A stretch of DNA of 64,000 nt from a virus (lineage: Duplodnaviria; Caudoviricetes): positions 8,228-72,227 of the IMG/VR virus record IMGVR_UViG_3300028601_000031; one strand, given 5' to 3'. A model generated the notes under the pieces. That model had not been told where the DNA came from. It did no database searches and saw nothing but the letters and a program-made list of their open reading frames with translations. This document shows positions 36,830 through 47,115 of this stretch, piece by piece. Every line of letters begins with the position of its first letter. Within the stretch, counting starts at the first letter, position 1. A program made the position numbers and the translations under genes.

Positions 36830-37372
36830 TTATTTGTATAATAGTTTATTAAGTTCTTTTCTTATTATTTTTTCTTTTTCAAATGCTTCAATTTCATATG
36901 GTCTCTTATTATACGGTATGTCAATAAAATATATCTTATCTCCCATATATTCTAAATAATATTTATCTGAACCTGGATAAACTAATGAACCATCCATATA
37001 TTGTTGGATATGTACCATTTCATGTGATAACAATGTTTTTATCATGCTTCTGGGAAATGTACGACCTAAAAATATATAATATTTATTTTTTTCAAATAAA
37101 TTTGGGAATGTATAACCATAAATTTCATACTTATCAGTATTCATATCAATTGGTGTTATAAAAATGTCAATTTGAATAGTATCAATATCCATTATTTTAT
37201 TTGTAATAACTTTTAATATTGTATCAATTTCATTGAAATCTGTATAATTATTAACAATAACAGTATCAGGAAAATCAAAATGATTCATCTTTTTTTCTCT
37301 TCCTAAATATAGGAATAACAAAATTAGTAAAATTAATGATATTACTATAATAATTACGGACTTTTTTTTCAT
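36830..37372 (-). CDS. Membrane-anchored zincin-like metallopeptidase
   Basis: N-terminal TM segment; LSHEMVHIQQY...PYEIEA. Confidence 0.75.
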   Translation of the reverse strand: MKKKSVIIIVISLILLILLFLYLGREKKMNHFDFPDTVIVNNYTDFNEIDTILKVITNKIMDIDTIQIDIFITPIDMNTDKYEIYGYTFPNLFEKNKYYIFLGRTFPRSMIKTLLSHEMVHIQQYMDGSLVYPGSDKYYLEYMGDKIYFIDIPYNKRPYEIEAFEKEKIIRKELNKLLYK

Positions 37373-37375
37373 TTT

Positions 37376-37789
37376 TTATTTAATTATTTTTTCAATTTTA
37401 TTAAGTTTTAAAATTCTTTGTACTTCTTTGGGTTTTAAACATTGTTCTCTTAATTTTATTGTTTCTTTTAGAACATTATCATATGACCAGTTGTGCATAT
37501 TATCACCACTATGACAAGTATCAAAACCAATTATCCATAAATCTTCTTCATCATCATAATCAGAAAATGTTAATCCACCATGTACACTAGTATGTTTATA
37601 TAAGTCATCATAATCTATTTTATAAAAAGGGTGCCAAACAGGAATACCAACATACCCATTTCCCCATCCACCTATCATTTCTACATGTACTCCAAAATCT
37701 TTTTGTTTAGAATATTCATGTAAATGATTTCTAACTAAATATATAGGTAGTTGGTTATAATGTGGTAATTTATTTATTTTAAAGTTCAT
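37376..37789 (-). CDS. Conserved phage protein with C-terminal RxxKLxxI tag
   Basis: GWGNGYV..P..HP...VHGGLTF...IGFDTCH.GD; ends [14 protein letters not shown]. Confidence 0.7.
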   Translation of the reverse strand: MNFKINKLPHYNQLPIYLVRNHLHEYSKQKDFGVHVEMIGGWGNGYVGIPVWHPFYKIDYDDLYKHTSVHGGLTFSDYDDEEDLWIIGFDTCHSGDNMHNWSYDNVLKETIKLREQCLKPKEVQRILKLNKIEKIIK

Positions 37790-38843
37790 TAAAATTTTCC
37801 AATTTTGATAGTTCTTCTAATAATATTTTTTCTTCTTTTGTTATTTTATCTGGAATATCTACATTTATTAATATATAAAGATCTCCTTTATTGTTTCTTT
37901 GATCTGATAAACCTTTACCTTTCAATCTTAATGTATCTCCGTTTTTTGTATGTGGTTTAATATTTATAGATACATCCCCATCTAATGTAGGAATTATTGA
38001 TTTACCACCCAATATAATTTTAGTAAATGGTATGTATAATTCATAAATTAAATTTATTCCATCTCTTTTTAACTTTTCATGTTCTTTAACATTTACATGT
38101 ATTATTAAATCACCATACATACCACCATTACCTGGTCTATATGGGGAATTTCCTTTTGTTCTTATTTGAAATCTATCATCATTATTTACACCCTTTGGTA
38201 TTTTGATGTTAATTTCTGTTTCTTCATCAATTACACCAGTTCCTGTGCAATGTGAACAAGTTTTTAATATAATATGCCCACTTCCGTTACATTTATCACA
38301 ATCTACAATTGTTGATGATATACCGAACATTGTTTTTCTTCCAATTTTTAATTTTCCTACACCACCACATTTATCACATGTTTCTGTTTCTCCTCCAAAA
38401 CCATTACATGAATTACATTTAACCTTTCTATTATATTTTATGTTCTTATCAACACCATCTCTAACATCATAATAATCAATATTTATTTTAAGTCTTAAAT
38501 CATTACCTCTATTAACTTTTTGTTGAAATCCACCACCAAAACCAAAATTAAAACCAAAATGACTAAAAATATCATCAAAATTCATGTTAAAATTGCCCAT
38601 AAAATCATCATAATTAAAACCACTATTAAATCCTTTATTATCACCAAATCTATCATAATTTTGCTTTTTTTGAGAATCTGATAATACAGAATATGCTTCT
38701 GATATATCTTTAAATTTTTGTTCAGCTTCTTTATTATTTGGATTTTTATCTGGATGATATTGCATGGCTAATTTACGATATGCCTTTTTTATTTCATCGG
38801 GTGTTGCATTTTTATCTACACCTAGTATATTGTAATAATTCAT
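37779..38843 (-). CDS. dnaJ: Molecular chaperone DnaJ
   Basis: J-domain with HPD, G/F-rich region, four CxxCxGxG motifs, C-terminal domain. Confidence 0.95.
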   Translation of the reverse strand: MNYYNILGVDKNATPDEIKKAYRKLAMQYHPDKNPNNKEAEQKFKDISEAYSVLSDSQKKQNYDRFGDNKGFNSGFNYDDFMGNFNMNFDDIFSHFGFNFGFGGGFQQKVNRGNDLRLKINIDYYDVRDGVDKNIKYNRKVKCNSCNGFGGETETCDKCGGVGKLKIGRKTMFGISSTIVDCDKCNGSGHIILKTCSHCTGTGVIDEETEINIKIPKGVNNDDRFQIRTKGNSPYRPGNGGMYGDLIIHVNVKEHEKLKRDGINLIYELYIPFTKIILGGKSIIPTLDGDVSINIKPHTKNGDTLRLKGKGLSDQRNNKGDLYILINVDIPDKITKEEKILLEELSKLENFNEL

Positions 38844-38852
38844 AAAATAAAA

Positions 38853-39065
38853 TTATTTTTTATTAATTGTTGTCCAATAATTAAAATATATTGAAGTATC
38901 TAAATTTGAATCAAATTTAATCGATGCTTTTTCATATATTATTTTATAACCTTTTAATGTTAATTTTCTAATTTTTCGAATAGTTCCTTCAGGATATAAA
39001 TAAATATCACCAAAAGAATCTTGTTTATGTATTGTTGGTTTATTATCAATTTCTAATATCTTCAT
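38853..39065 (-). CDS. Hypothetical protein
   Basis: Operon ORF. Confidence 0.5.
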   Translation of the reverse strand: MKILEIDNKPTIHKQDSFGDIYLYPEGTIRKIRKLTLKGYKIIYEKASIKFDSNLDTSIYFNYWTTINKK

Positions 39066-39078
39066 AATTAATAAAAGT

Positions 39079-39468
39079 TTAATATTTTGTTAATATTTTA
39101 TTTTTTAATCTATTACATTCTTCATAATCTTCTTTATGTAAACTCCTTATTAATTTTCTAAAAAGTATAAATATTTGTGGTAATTTTGGAATTTGTGTTG
39201 GATTATCTTCAATTTGTTTTCTATATTTTAAGGTATATTCACTGTTTATGTTTTCAAGTTTATCAATAATATCAAATGCCATTTCATTATATTTAGCAAT
39301 AGACATTATTGGTTTAATTATATCTTGATTTATAGGGTATATTGAATTTTGTTGAGCTATATCTACCATACTTTGTTTAGCTGATTTTGAATCATCTAAA
39401 ACTTTTATAGATTGCTCATATAACTCTTGAAAATCATTGTATAATTCATTATAAGTATTTATATCCAT
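39079..39468 (-). CDS. Protein with C-terminal UVR (UvrB/C) motif
   Basis: LIRSLHKEDYEECNRLKNKI. Confidence 0.65.
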   Translation of the reverse strand: MDINTYNELYNDFQELYEQSIKVLDDSKSAKQSMVDIAQQNSIYPINQDIIKPIMSIAKYNEMAFDIIDKLENINSEYTLKYRKQIEDNPTQIPKLPQIFILFRKLIRSLHKEDYEECNRLKNKILTKY

Positions 39469-39483
39469 ATTATTTATATATTT

Positions 39484-39517
39484 AAAAGAATATTGATGTT
39501 AAAATCAATATTCTTTT
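39484..39517 (-). terminator. Intrinsic terminator
   Basis: aaaagaatattgat-gttaaa-atcaatattctttt. Confidence 0.7.
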
Positions 39518-39566
39518 TGTTAAACAATTTTTATACCTTTTATATAATATATGAAAAAATGTCATA

Positions 39567-41366
39567 TTATTTGTTTAATATTTTTAATTTCTCTTCAATT
39601 GTCATATTTTCCAATTTAGATTTAACTCTTACATCAATTTGTTCATTTTTAATTCTATCATCAACTTCTTGATATTTTCTTTCAATTCCTACTTGTGCAT
39701 CTGAATTGTCAAAATTTAAATTTAAGTTTTCAAAATCTTCAATAAATATTTCACCATCACTACTTTCAGGAAAACTAATATTTACTTTATCACCAACTTT
39801 TGTAACAATTATTTTATTAGATATTGTAGATGAAGATACAAACAATTTATTTGGGTGTTCTTTTATGACAAAATAATAATAACTATCACTACCTCTTATA
39901 TCTACACCTATTCTTTCAATAGTACCAGTTAAATCCATAATTTTAATATCTGATGATGGTGCGATTATATTACCACTACTATTTAAAACTGATCTATAAT
40001 TTCTAATAGCATCTTGAATATTATCACCCACACCAACGATTTGATATTTTTCATATGATACTAAAGCGATACTTTTTATAAGACCTTCTTGATCTTTTAA
40101 TGCCATAACATATGTCCATACACCATTAATGTTATATGGTCTAGGAAAAGATGCAATATAATTTTTTTCTGGCATTCTTTGTTCAGCTGACCTTTGTGCG
40201 GCTCCTTCAATTGCTCCTGATGTTTTATATAATATGGTTTTTTTAGTTCTTGTATCAACCATAACAAAACCAAGACTGGCATCATCTCTACCGACAGAAG
40301 TTATACTACTATAATAGTAACATCTTCCATCTTCTCCGTATACTATTTGTACACCATCACTTAGTTGCCTTTTATCTCTACCACTCCAATTCCATGCACC
40401 ATGTATATATCTACCCCAATCATTTACCTGACTAATAATAAAAAGACTTGGTTGTATTCTATCTACCCATTCTGGTGTATCTTCAATACTATACTCTTTA
40501 ATATCACCATTTTTAGGATTTACTATTATAGTACCAATTGCATCTCTACCTAAATATCCAACTTTTTTATCATATAGTGTAACAACATACCATGGCATCA
40601 TATTATCATCCAATTCAAAACTAATATCAGTGAATGCTTTTGTTTTATATCCATTTTTGTATATATGTCTTTGTAAATAATCACCAACATATGCACCTTC
40701 TTGATATTTTAATTTAACATCTTCTCCATTAATATTAGTTATCAATCTAACATCTTTATCATTATTAGCATTAACAATCATATAACCAGTTGTTCCTTCT
40801 TTATTTCTTCTCCATTTCCAAAAACCAGAATGATTCAAAGGGGCAACATAATATAGTTTATTATTTACTTGTTGTAAAGTAAATTCACCAATTTCAACTT
40901 GACTACCTAACGACATATTTTCATCAACTAGTTTTTTATCAGCTAATTTAGATGCTGTTTTTTCATCAATTATTATAATATCTTCTGGTGATGTTGGACT
41001 CATATCTATACTTAGAGTTTTTTCTTCAACTTCTCCTAATAATTTTTGATAATCATATGCTCTAAATATTGGCATTGTACCAATTGGTAGTATTATAAAA
41101 AATATTAAACCTATTGACATTAATCCTAATGATATAGATGTTCTATATGTTCTTTTAAATTCAACATCACCATATTCATCAGAAGTAAAATCAAATAATA
41201 TATAAACAACACCCATCAATATTAAAATGAAAGGCCATCCTACAAATCCGTAATTTAGAACAGGTAAACTAAAGTAAGTAAAAAACCAACCTGTGAAAAT
41301 AACAGTAAATAAGGATATTATATCCTTAATACTAAAATCATTTTTTTGTTTATTCTTCTTTGCCAT
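39567..41366 (-). CDS. Large membrane-anchored protein (3 N-terminal TMs, beta-rich body, OB-like C-terminus)
   Basis: Hydrophobic N-terminus; FELDD...P, PEWVDRIQP, KVGDKV. Confidence 0.75.
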   Translation of the reverse strand: MAKKNKQKNDFSIKDIISLFTVIFTGWFFTYFSLPVLNYGFVGWPFILILMGVVYILFDFTSDEYGDVEFKRTYRTSISLGLMSIGLIFFIILPIGTMPIFRAYDYQKLLGEVEEKTLSIDMSPTSPEDIIIIDEKTASKLADKKLVDENMSLGSQVEIGEFTLQQVNNKLYYVAPLNHSGFWKWRRNKEGTTGYMIVNANNDKDVRLITNINGEDVKLKYQEGAYVGDYLQRHIYKNGYKTKAFTDISFELDDNMMPWYVVTLYDKKVGYLGRDAIGTIIVNPKNGDIKEYSIEDTPEWVDRIQPSLFIISQVNDWGRYIHGAWNWSGRDKRQLSDGVQIVYGEDGRCYYYSSITSVGRDDASLGFVMVDTRTKKTILYKTSGAIEGAAQRSAEQRMPEKNYIASFPRPYNINGVWTYVMALKDQEGLIKSIALVSYEKYQIVGVGDNIQDAIRNYRSVLNSSGNIIAPSSDIKIMDLTGTIERIGVDIRGSDSYYYFVIKEHPNKLFVSSSTISNKIIVTKVGDKVNISFPESSDGEIFIEDFENLNLNFDNSDAQVGIERKYQEVDDRIKNEQIDVRVKSKLENMTIEEKLKILNK

Positions 41367-41392
41367 ATTTTTATTTTTAAGTTATTTACAAA

Positions 41393-42610
41393 TTAAATAT
41401 TATACATTGGACAAGCTATACCTTTTGATTTATTATCAATTGTTATATTAGCAAATTGTCTAACTCTATCAGAAAACCATATATCTTTAATAAAATCATC
41501 ATATTCTAATACTGATATACCATTTTCCCAATCAATATTATCATCTTTAACTTTTTCCGAAAAAGAACAAGGATAAAATTTTGGATCACCATTTTCACCA
41601 GAATTTATATAAAGTGAATAAATACTTGATTCACAACTTTCTGCATATTTTTCTAATTTTTTTGCATCTTCTCTATCTTTTATAGATTTTATAAATTTTG
41701 GTTGTGAACAAGAATCAAATCCTATTGGTGCATTATTTTCAAATGCAAAATCAATTAATTCTTTAAATTTTTCATCACTTAATCTTGTATATGCGCTTTG
41801 TACTGCTCTTCCTTTTGGTTTAAGACTAAGAAAAACAATAGCATTTAATTTTTTTAATCTTTTATCTGTTTTATAATCTTTTATTAATTGAATAGCATTA
41901 TCAAATGTTTGTTCTGCTATCATGAAATGAATATTTACCTGTTTCATTCCTCTACTAGTTAATTCTTTAACAGCATTATATGTTAAATCTTTATCATATA
42001 AAGAAACTGCAACTGCTCCCATAGTAGATGATAGTTTATCGAATAAATGAGATGTCATTCTATCACCATTAATGGTAACATTTGGAACTACTCCATTTGA
42101 TTTTGTATATTCAAAAATATCCCACATATCAGGATTAGCATCAATATCCGTAATACCAAATGCAATTTGTCCAATTGTAGCAGGTAGTTTAGAAAATAAT
42201 TTTTTAAATGTATCTAATGTCATATTTCCTTCGCCTGTTGGTAAGTTTGATTTATAACAGAAACGACAAGGTCCTATTCCACTTACACCATGGCAAGATG
42301 TTGATATTTCGATATCAGCTATTTCAGGTAAACCTAATGATAAATTACCATCAGTATCTAAATCTAGTATAAACTCTTTAACATTAAATTTTTCTTGCCA
42401 TATATTACACCACAAAAGATATAAATCAACTTTATCTTTACTTAATTCTGGTTTCTTTGTATAATCACCTTTACCCCATCTAATAAAAAATCCATTATTT
42501 TTATTGAATATAAAATTATATTTTTCACTTTTAAGTACTTTATATTCAATATTATCTTTTATGATAGCATTAGAACCGTCAAATAATTGTATATTATATA
42601 TTTTTTCCAT
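41393..42610 (-). CDS. Radical SAM protein with CX8CX2C motif and SPASM/Twitch-like C-terminus
   Basis: DIEISTSCHGVSGIGPCRFCYKSN; VPNVTING; AVAVS; CES..YSLYIN...YPCSF...CPMY. Confidence 0.85.
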   Translation of the reverse strand: MEKIYNIQLFDGSNAIIKDNIEYKVLKSEKYNFIFNKNNGFFIRWGKGDYTKKPELSKDKVDLYLLWCNIWQEKFNVKEFILDLDTDGNLSLGLPEIADIEISTSCHGVSGIGPCRFCYKSNLPTGEGNMTLDTFKKLFSKLPATIGQIAFGITDIDANPDMWDIFEYTKSNGVVPNVTINGDRMTSHLFDKLSSTMGAVAVSLYDKDLTYNAVKELTSRGMKQVNIHFMIAEQTFDNAIQLIKDYKTDKRLKKLNAIVFLSLKPKGRAVQSAYTRLSDEKFKELIDFAFENNAPIGFDSCSQPKFIKSIKDREDAKKLEKYAESCESSIYSLYINSGENGDPKFYPCSFSEKVKDDNIDWENGISVLEYDDFIKDIWFSDRVRQFANITIDNKSKGIACPMYNI

Positions 42611-42612
42611 AA

Positions 42613-43023
42613 TTAATTATTATACTTTTTCATAAAGTCAACAACAGATGAATATATTGACTTAATTAATGATTCGTCAATACTATATGATATAACATTT
42701 TTATCAAAAGAATATTCACCTATTTCAGAAAAAGTTGTTACATATAATACTTTATCATCGAAGACATTTTTAATACTAAATCTATAATTAAAACCATTTA
42801 GTGATTTTAATTTAGATATTTTTTTAACAACTGGCATTATCCAATCAAATGATTTAGAAAATTTTAATTCATCATCATTATCAGATAATCCACTTATAAT
42901 TAATTCTTCATGATCAATATCTGTTCTACCATTTTTTTTGGGTATCCAACAATTTTCATCTACACTAAACTCAAGATTCATAAATTTAGCAATTATAATA
43001 TCACCAATTAAATTTTTATTCAT
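42613..43023 (-). CDS. Hypothetical phage protein
   Basis: IIAKFM...LKFSKSFDWIMPVVKKI pattern. Confidence 0.7.
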   Translation of the reverse strand: MNKNLIGDIIIAKFMNLEFSVDENCWIPKKNGRTDIDHEELIISGLSDNDDELKFSKSFDWIMPVVKKISKLKSLNGFNYRFSIKNVFDDKVLYVTTFSEIGEYSFDKNVISYSIDESLIKSIYSSVVDFMKKYNN

Positions 43024-44008
43024 CGAAATTTGTATTTAAATAATTTAGCCAAAAAATTCTAGCTTTTGCAGATATAGCTTTTCCAATTTTTTTAATATTA
43101 ATATTATTTTTCTCTATTGTATCTGATTCTTCCTTAATAACATCATTATAAACCCACTTCAAGTAATCTGCAGTAGATTTATCAATAATTGGAATATTTA
43201 ATTCTCTCATTTTATCAATACCTTGTGTCAATCTATTTTCAGTGACAGCATAATCGACAAAAGACTTAATATTTTCAATTTCCTCAATATCAACAGTAGT
43301 TAAAGTTTTTACTTTACTTACTTGGTGTTTTTCTCCTTTAACTTTAAAAATATATCTTTTATTATCATTAATATGTTCCCACACAATCCCTTCTCCTGTT
43401 CCTGATACATCAAAATATTTTCCAATAGGGCATTCTTTTTCTACATTATTAGTTAATTCAGATAATATATTTATTGATAATTCAGGTCGATTAAAATTAA
43501 TATCTATTTCAAAATTAGGAAATTGTAATATATTAAAAATTAATTGATCTTCGTTTTTTATATGTGCAAAATTAGACATATCTTTATAAAGACCATCTAT
43601 TTTTATAGCAAAAATAACAAACATTTTAGGTAATTGGGATATTGCCACTTTTTTCTGAATACCCTTACCACACCATTCACCATAAATAGCACAATATTCA
43701 TTAAACTGAATATTATCAAATAATTTTTGATAATCTTTTTTAATCATTTCATTCATGAAATTATAATTATCTTCAGTTAATGATAATTCAGATTCTCTGG
43801 ATTGAAATTTATATGTACCATCAGCATATTTAACAATAGATGAGTTAGAACCATGTAATTTTACAGTTCCTCTAAATTTCATTGTAGGGTATGGTGTAGT
43901 ATGATTAAAAATAGCTTTACCATCATCATTCTTACCTGCATAATCATGACTATCTTTAACCTGTCTAATGACATTTCTAAATTGTTCTATTTCGGTAAAT
44001 TTTTTCAT
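43016..44008 (-). CDS. ATP-dependent RNA ligase (Rnl2-like); probable start MKKFTEIEQFR
   Basis: Motif I VKLHGSN, QSR, IYGEWCG.GIQK, GEGIVW, FKVKGEKH. Confidence 0.8.
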   Translation of the reverse strand: MKKFTEIEQFRNVIRQVKDSHDYAGKNDDGKAIFNHTTPYPTMKFRGTVKLHGSNSSIVKYADGTYKFQSRESELSLTEDNYNFMNEMIKKDYQKLFDNIQFNEYCAIYGEWCGKGIQKKVAISQLPKMFVIFAIKIDGLYKDMSNFAHIKNEDQLIFNILQFPNFEIDINFNRPELSINILSELTNNVEKECPIGKYFDVSGTGEGIVWEHINDNKRYIFKVKGEKHQVSKVKTLTTVDIEEIENIKSFVDYAVTENRLTQGIDKMRELNIPIIDKSTADYLKWVYNDVIKEESDTIEKNNINIKKIGKAISAKARIFWLNYLNTNFDE

Positions 44009-44009
44009 T

Positions 44010-44339
44010 TTAATCTTTTTGGTATTTAGATATTTGTGTAATTTCATTATGGGTGAAACCAGATCTTTCTAAAGCTTCAGCAAAAGGAATCCATACATTT
44101 TCTTTTTGTGGTTCACCAGAACAATAACCATAATAATCTCTAGTTCCCCACCTATCTACAACAGCTTTAGTTCGTGCTACTAGTTTATTTTTATCTTTAA
44201 TAAGTTTAGCCATTCTAGATGCGCATGATTGAAAAGGAGCACCATTACCATAAAATGTACGTCCGTTAAACTGAAGACTATCTGCTCTTTCGTAATCTTT
44301 TTTAGTTGGGATAATTTTATCAATATCTATTCCATTCAT
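44010..44339 (-). CDS. Hypothetical protein
   Basis: First gene after the promoter at 44355-44386. Confidence 0.65.
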   Translation of the reverse strand: MNGIDIDKIIPTKKDYERADSLQFNGRTFYGNGAPFQSCASRMAKLIKDKNKLVARTKAVVDRWGTRDYYGYCSGEPQKENVWIPFAEALERSGFTHNEITQISKYQKD

Positions 44340-44354
44340 AATATTTAATTTCTA

Positions 44355-44386
44355 CAAAGATAAATAATAAAGATTAAATATCCAAA
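44355..44386 (-). promoter_or_regulatory. Bacteroidota promoter (TTTG-N20-TATCTTTG) driving the RNA ligase/radical SAM operon
   Basis: Both consensus elements present. Confidence 0.7.
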
Positions 44387-44449
44387 TTTGTTCTAATATA
44401 ATGATTATATAATTTCCTTTTTAATTTTCCACCATAATTATTTAACCAA

Positions 44450-44662
44450 TTATTTATTTTCATTATCAATATTTCTTTCGGTTATTATTACATATGATAT
44501 TCTCCAAAATGAATATAATACAACCCAAGTTACATAAGTCCACCACCACCCACGTACCGATGTTAATATAAGAGTAAATAACGTTATTAAAATTATTGTG
44601 ATTATTGTAATAAATTCTTGTTTATTTGCCCATTCATTTGATTTAATTATAAATTTTTTCAT
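44450..44662 (-). CDS. Small membrane protein
   Basis: Two hydrophobic segments. Confidence 0.6.
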   Translation of the reverse strand: MKKFIIKSNEWANKQEFITIITIILITLFTLILTSVRGWWWTYVTWVVLYSFWRISYVIITERNIDNENK

Positions 44663-44663
44663 A

Positions 44664-44960
44664 TTATTTTATGTTTTGTGGTATATTATCATCAAATAAC
44701 ATTGATATACTTAATTGACTTTGTATCATTTCCAAAAATAAATACTTACACATTGTCCAATCATAATTTGCACCTGTTCTACTAATAACTTCCCCATCAT
44801 CATTATAATGTGGTGTAGTTTGACTAATATTATATTTTGACATAATATCATAAAATTTATTTTTACAGTCTGATATGGTATCGGTGTCATTAAATTTTAA
44901 TGATATGATTTCTTTTGCAATATCGTTCATTTTATTTTCCATTTTTAACATTTTTAACAA
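44664..44960 (-). CDS. Hypothetical protein
   Basis: Operon ORF. Confidence 0.6.
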   Translation of the reverse strand: MLKMLKMENKMNDIAKEIISLKFNDTDTISDCKNKFYDIMSKYNISQTTPHYNDDGEVISRTGANYDWTMCKYLFLEMIQSQLSISMLFDDNIPQNIK

Positions 44961-45642
44961 TTAATTGATTATCAATTTGTTCCAATTCTATTTCTTGGAT
45001 ATCTTTTGTTGATTTTATATGATCTATAAATTCAATAAAACCATCTTTAAATGATTTTTCTTGTTTAAATTTTCCACTTCGATATGATTTTTTAAATTTT
45101 CTAAATAGTTCATTTAATTCATTTAATGTAAATGGGTAATTATCAGAATTTTCTAATACAGTTATTTTTTGATCTAAAATAGAACCAAACCAATAAGTAC
45201 CATCGGTTTTAAATTTTATTTTATCATCTACTTTTAAACATAAACCATAGTTATCTTCAATAACACTACCAATATAAGTTTGATAACCTAAATTTTCATA
45301 TTGTGATTGATTTGGGAATGGTTTAGGTTGTTCTAATTCATAAATAGTAGTAACTGATAAAATATTACCAACTTTCCAAGGATCTATGTATTTACTGATA
45401 TCAAATACTGGTATATTTTCAAGTTCAAATGATGAATAAATAACCCTTTTAGTATTTTCACAAATTGCATTCAATTTACCTTTTGGTGTTCCATCATTTT
45501 TAAATAGGTACCATCCTCTACCTGATAAATTAATACCATGTGCAAATGAAACACCATAATCACCAATTTCAACTTTATCGTCTGTAGTGATAACGTATCC
45601 TTCTTTTACTTTAAATAGATTTTTATTAATTATTGCTTTCAT
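44932..45642 (-). CDS. Hypothetical protein
   Basis: Long ORF directly downstream of the ncRNA. Confidence 0.7.
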   Translation of the reverse strand: MKAIINKNLFKVKEGYVITTDDKVEIGDYGVSFAHGINLSGRGWYLFKNDGTPKGKLNAICENTKRVIYSSFELENIPVFDISKYIDPWKVGNILSVTTIYELEQPKPFPNQSQYENLGYQTYIGSVIEDNYGLCLKVDDKIKFKTDGTYWFGSILDQKITVLENSDNYPFTLNELNELFRKFKKSYRSGKFKQEKSFKDGFIEFIDHIKSTKDIQEIELEQIDNQLIVKNVKNGK

Positions 45643-45668
45643 GTTTATATTTATTTAGAAATTAAAAT

Positions 45669-45824
45669 GTATTGCTATTTGAGTTGGATTCGAACCAACA
45701 GGCGGATGCCTCCTTTTCTACAACCATTCACATTTCTGCGGTCAGGAATCGAACCTGAGAGAGCAACCACTGATCACACACCGAGTTGAACGGGCTACCT
45801 ACCAATCTGTTCAAATAGCAATAC
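45669..45824 (-). ncRNA. tRNA-like structured RNA with two T-arms (not a canonical tRNA)
   Basis: 14-bp closing stem GTATTGCTATTTGA/TCAAATAGCAATAC; T-arms GTTGG-TTCGAAT-CCAAC and TCAGG-TTCGATT-CCTGA; locally GC-rich. Confidence 0.75.
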
Positions 45825-45828
45825 TATA

Positions 45829-45859
45829 CAAAGATATAAAAATATTTTTAATAAACAAA
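45829..45859 (-). promoter_or_regulatory. Bacteroidota promoter (TTTG-N19-TATCTTTG) immediately upstream of the ncRNA
   Basis: The -7 element ends 4 nt before the closing stem. Confidence 0.75.
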
Positions 45860-45861
45860 AT

Positions 45862-46050
45862 TTAATAACAATATGAATCGTCATTTTCACCAGAAGGATA
45901 ATATAAACTTTTACCTAAACTATTTATTTCATCTCTTTCTTTTTCCAATTCACGTCTATTGCTTTCAATGATTCTCCTATTAACTTTAGATTCCCATCTT
46001 TTTGATTTTGCTTTATTAATATTTTTTCTTACTTCATTTCTCCAACTCAT
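45862..46050 (-). CDS. Small basic protein
   Basis: Operon ORF. Confidence 0.55.
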   Translation of the reverse strand: MSWRNEVRKNINKAKSKRWESKVNRRIIESNRRELEKERDEINSLGKSLYYPSGENDDSYCY

Positions 46051-46477
46051 AATTAATTATTTTTAATATTTTATCTTTTCTTTTATATTTTTCTAAAAAT
46101 TTCATAGTATTATCATACATATTAATTTTACTATTTAATCTTTTTTGTTGTCTTAATAATTCTTTTATTGTATTATTTTTTGTTTCAAATAACTTATCAT
46201 AAAATCTATTTATCAATTCTATTTCTTTTTTCTTTAAATATTCTTCATTGTTTATTTTTCTTGTTATAAATGTAGAGTATGTTAAATCTGTTTTATTATA
46301 ACTATAATTATTATCAAAATAAAATTTATCCCAACTTTCACCATCACGAAAACCAACTCTAAAATATTCTCTTGTTAATATAATTTTATCACTGTATAAA
46401 TTCAATGAAATTCTATATGATATAGGTTCATCTTTAAAACTATCTAAGTCTGATTTTTCTTTTATAATTAATTCCAT
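46034..46477 (-). CDS. Hypothetical protein with RxxKIxxI tag
   Basis: Ends KRKDKILKIINYELEK. Confidence 0.65.
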   Translation of the reverse strand: MELIIKEKSDLDSFKDEPISYRISLNLYSDKIILTREYFRVGFRDGESWDKFYFDNNYSYNKTDLTYSTFITRKINNEEYLKKKEIELINRFYDKLFETKNNTIKELLRQQKRLNSKINMYDNTMKFLEKYKRKDKILKIINYELEK

Positions 46478-46781
46478 TTGAAAGTTTTTTAATTTTTGAT
46501 TGTCTTAATACCATATTAAAAAAATCTATAGATATTTTACCTGAAAAAAATTCTTGAAAATTATAATGTTCCCATAAGTTACCCTCAATTATTTTAAATT
46601 CATCATTTACAATTTTTGCAAATTGTGGCATATTTAAATCAAATTTATCAAGATGTTGTGTCATCTTTTCATTAGACGATGTTGAAAATGTGTTATATTT
46701 AACATATTCTTCATCACATTTTAATAGAAAATTAAGTATTAAACATGCACCTATTTGAATATCTTCATCATTTAATTTCAT
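46440..46781 (-). CDS. Hypothetical protein with RxxKIxxL tag
   Basis: LRQSKIKKL near the C-terminus. Confidence 0.65.
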   Translation of the reverse strand: MKLNDEDIQIGACLILNFLLKCDEEYVKYNTFSTSSNEKMTQHLDKFDLNMPQFAKIVNDEFKIIEGNLWEHYNFQEFFSGKISIDFFNMVLRQSKIKKLSNGINYKRKIRLR

Positions 46782-47035
46782 ATCGATTTAACAGTATTAT
46801 TATAATTCCAAACTTTAACTAAACGATTATATTCGTCATTATTTAATCTATCTTTTAATGGTATCCATCCAGTTACACATGATGATTGTTTTAATCCATT
46901 TGGTGTATCATATACCCAATAGTAATCTTCTTCGCCATCTACTACATCAACCAGTCTAACCACATCAAAAAAATCTAAAACTAGTGTATTTTTATATGGT
47001 TCTAATTCTTTTTTTAATTCTATTAACGTCGCCAT
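46778..47035 (-). CDS. Hypothetical protein
   Basis: Operon ORF. Confidence 0.65.
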   Translation of the reverse strand: MATLIELKKELEPYKNTLVLDFFDVVRLVDVVDGEEDYYWVYDTPNGLKQSSCVTGWIPLKDRLNNDEYNRLVKVWNYNNTVKSI

Positions 47036-47115
47036 TTTCTTAAAAATTTAGGTGTGAAATATCCAATTAAGAATCCAATAACACCAAATCCCCATATTGG
47101 TATATATCTAACTAT

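Noticed and set aside
45669-45824. Canonical tRNA (Leu-CAA or Sec-TCA from CCG-TTCAACT-CGG) or tmRNA
   Set aside because: The putative anticodon stem has only 3 bp with a pyrimidine at position 37, there is an extra T-arm, and no CCA or tag ORF is present. It is kept as an ncRNA instead.
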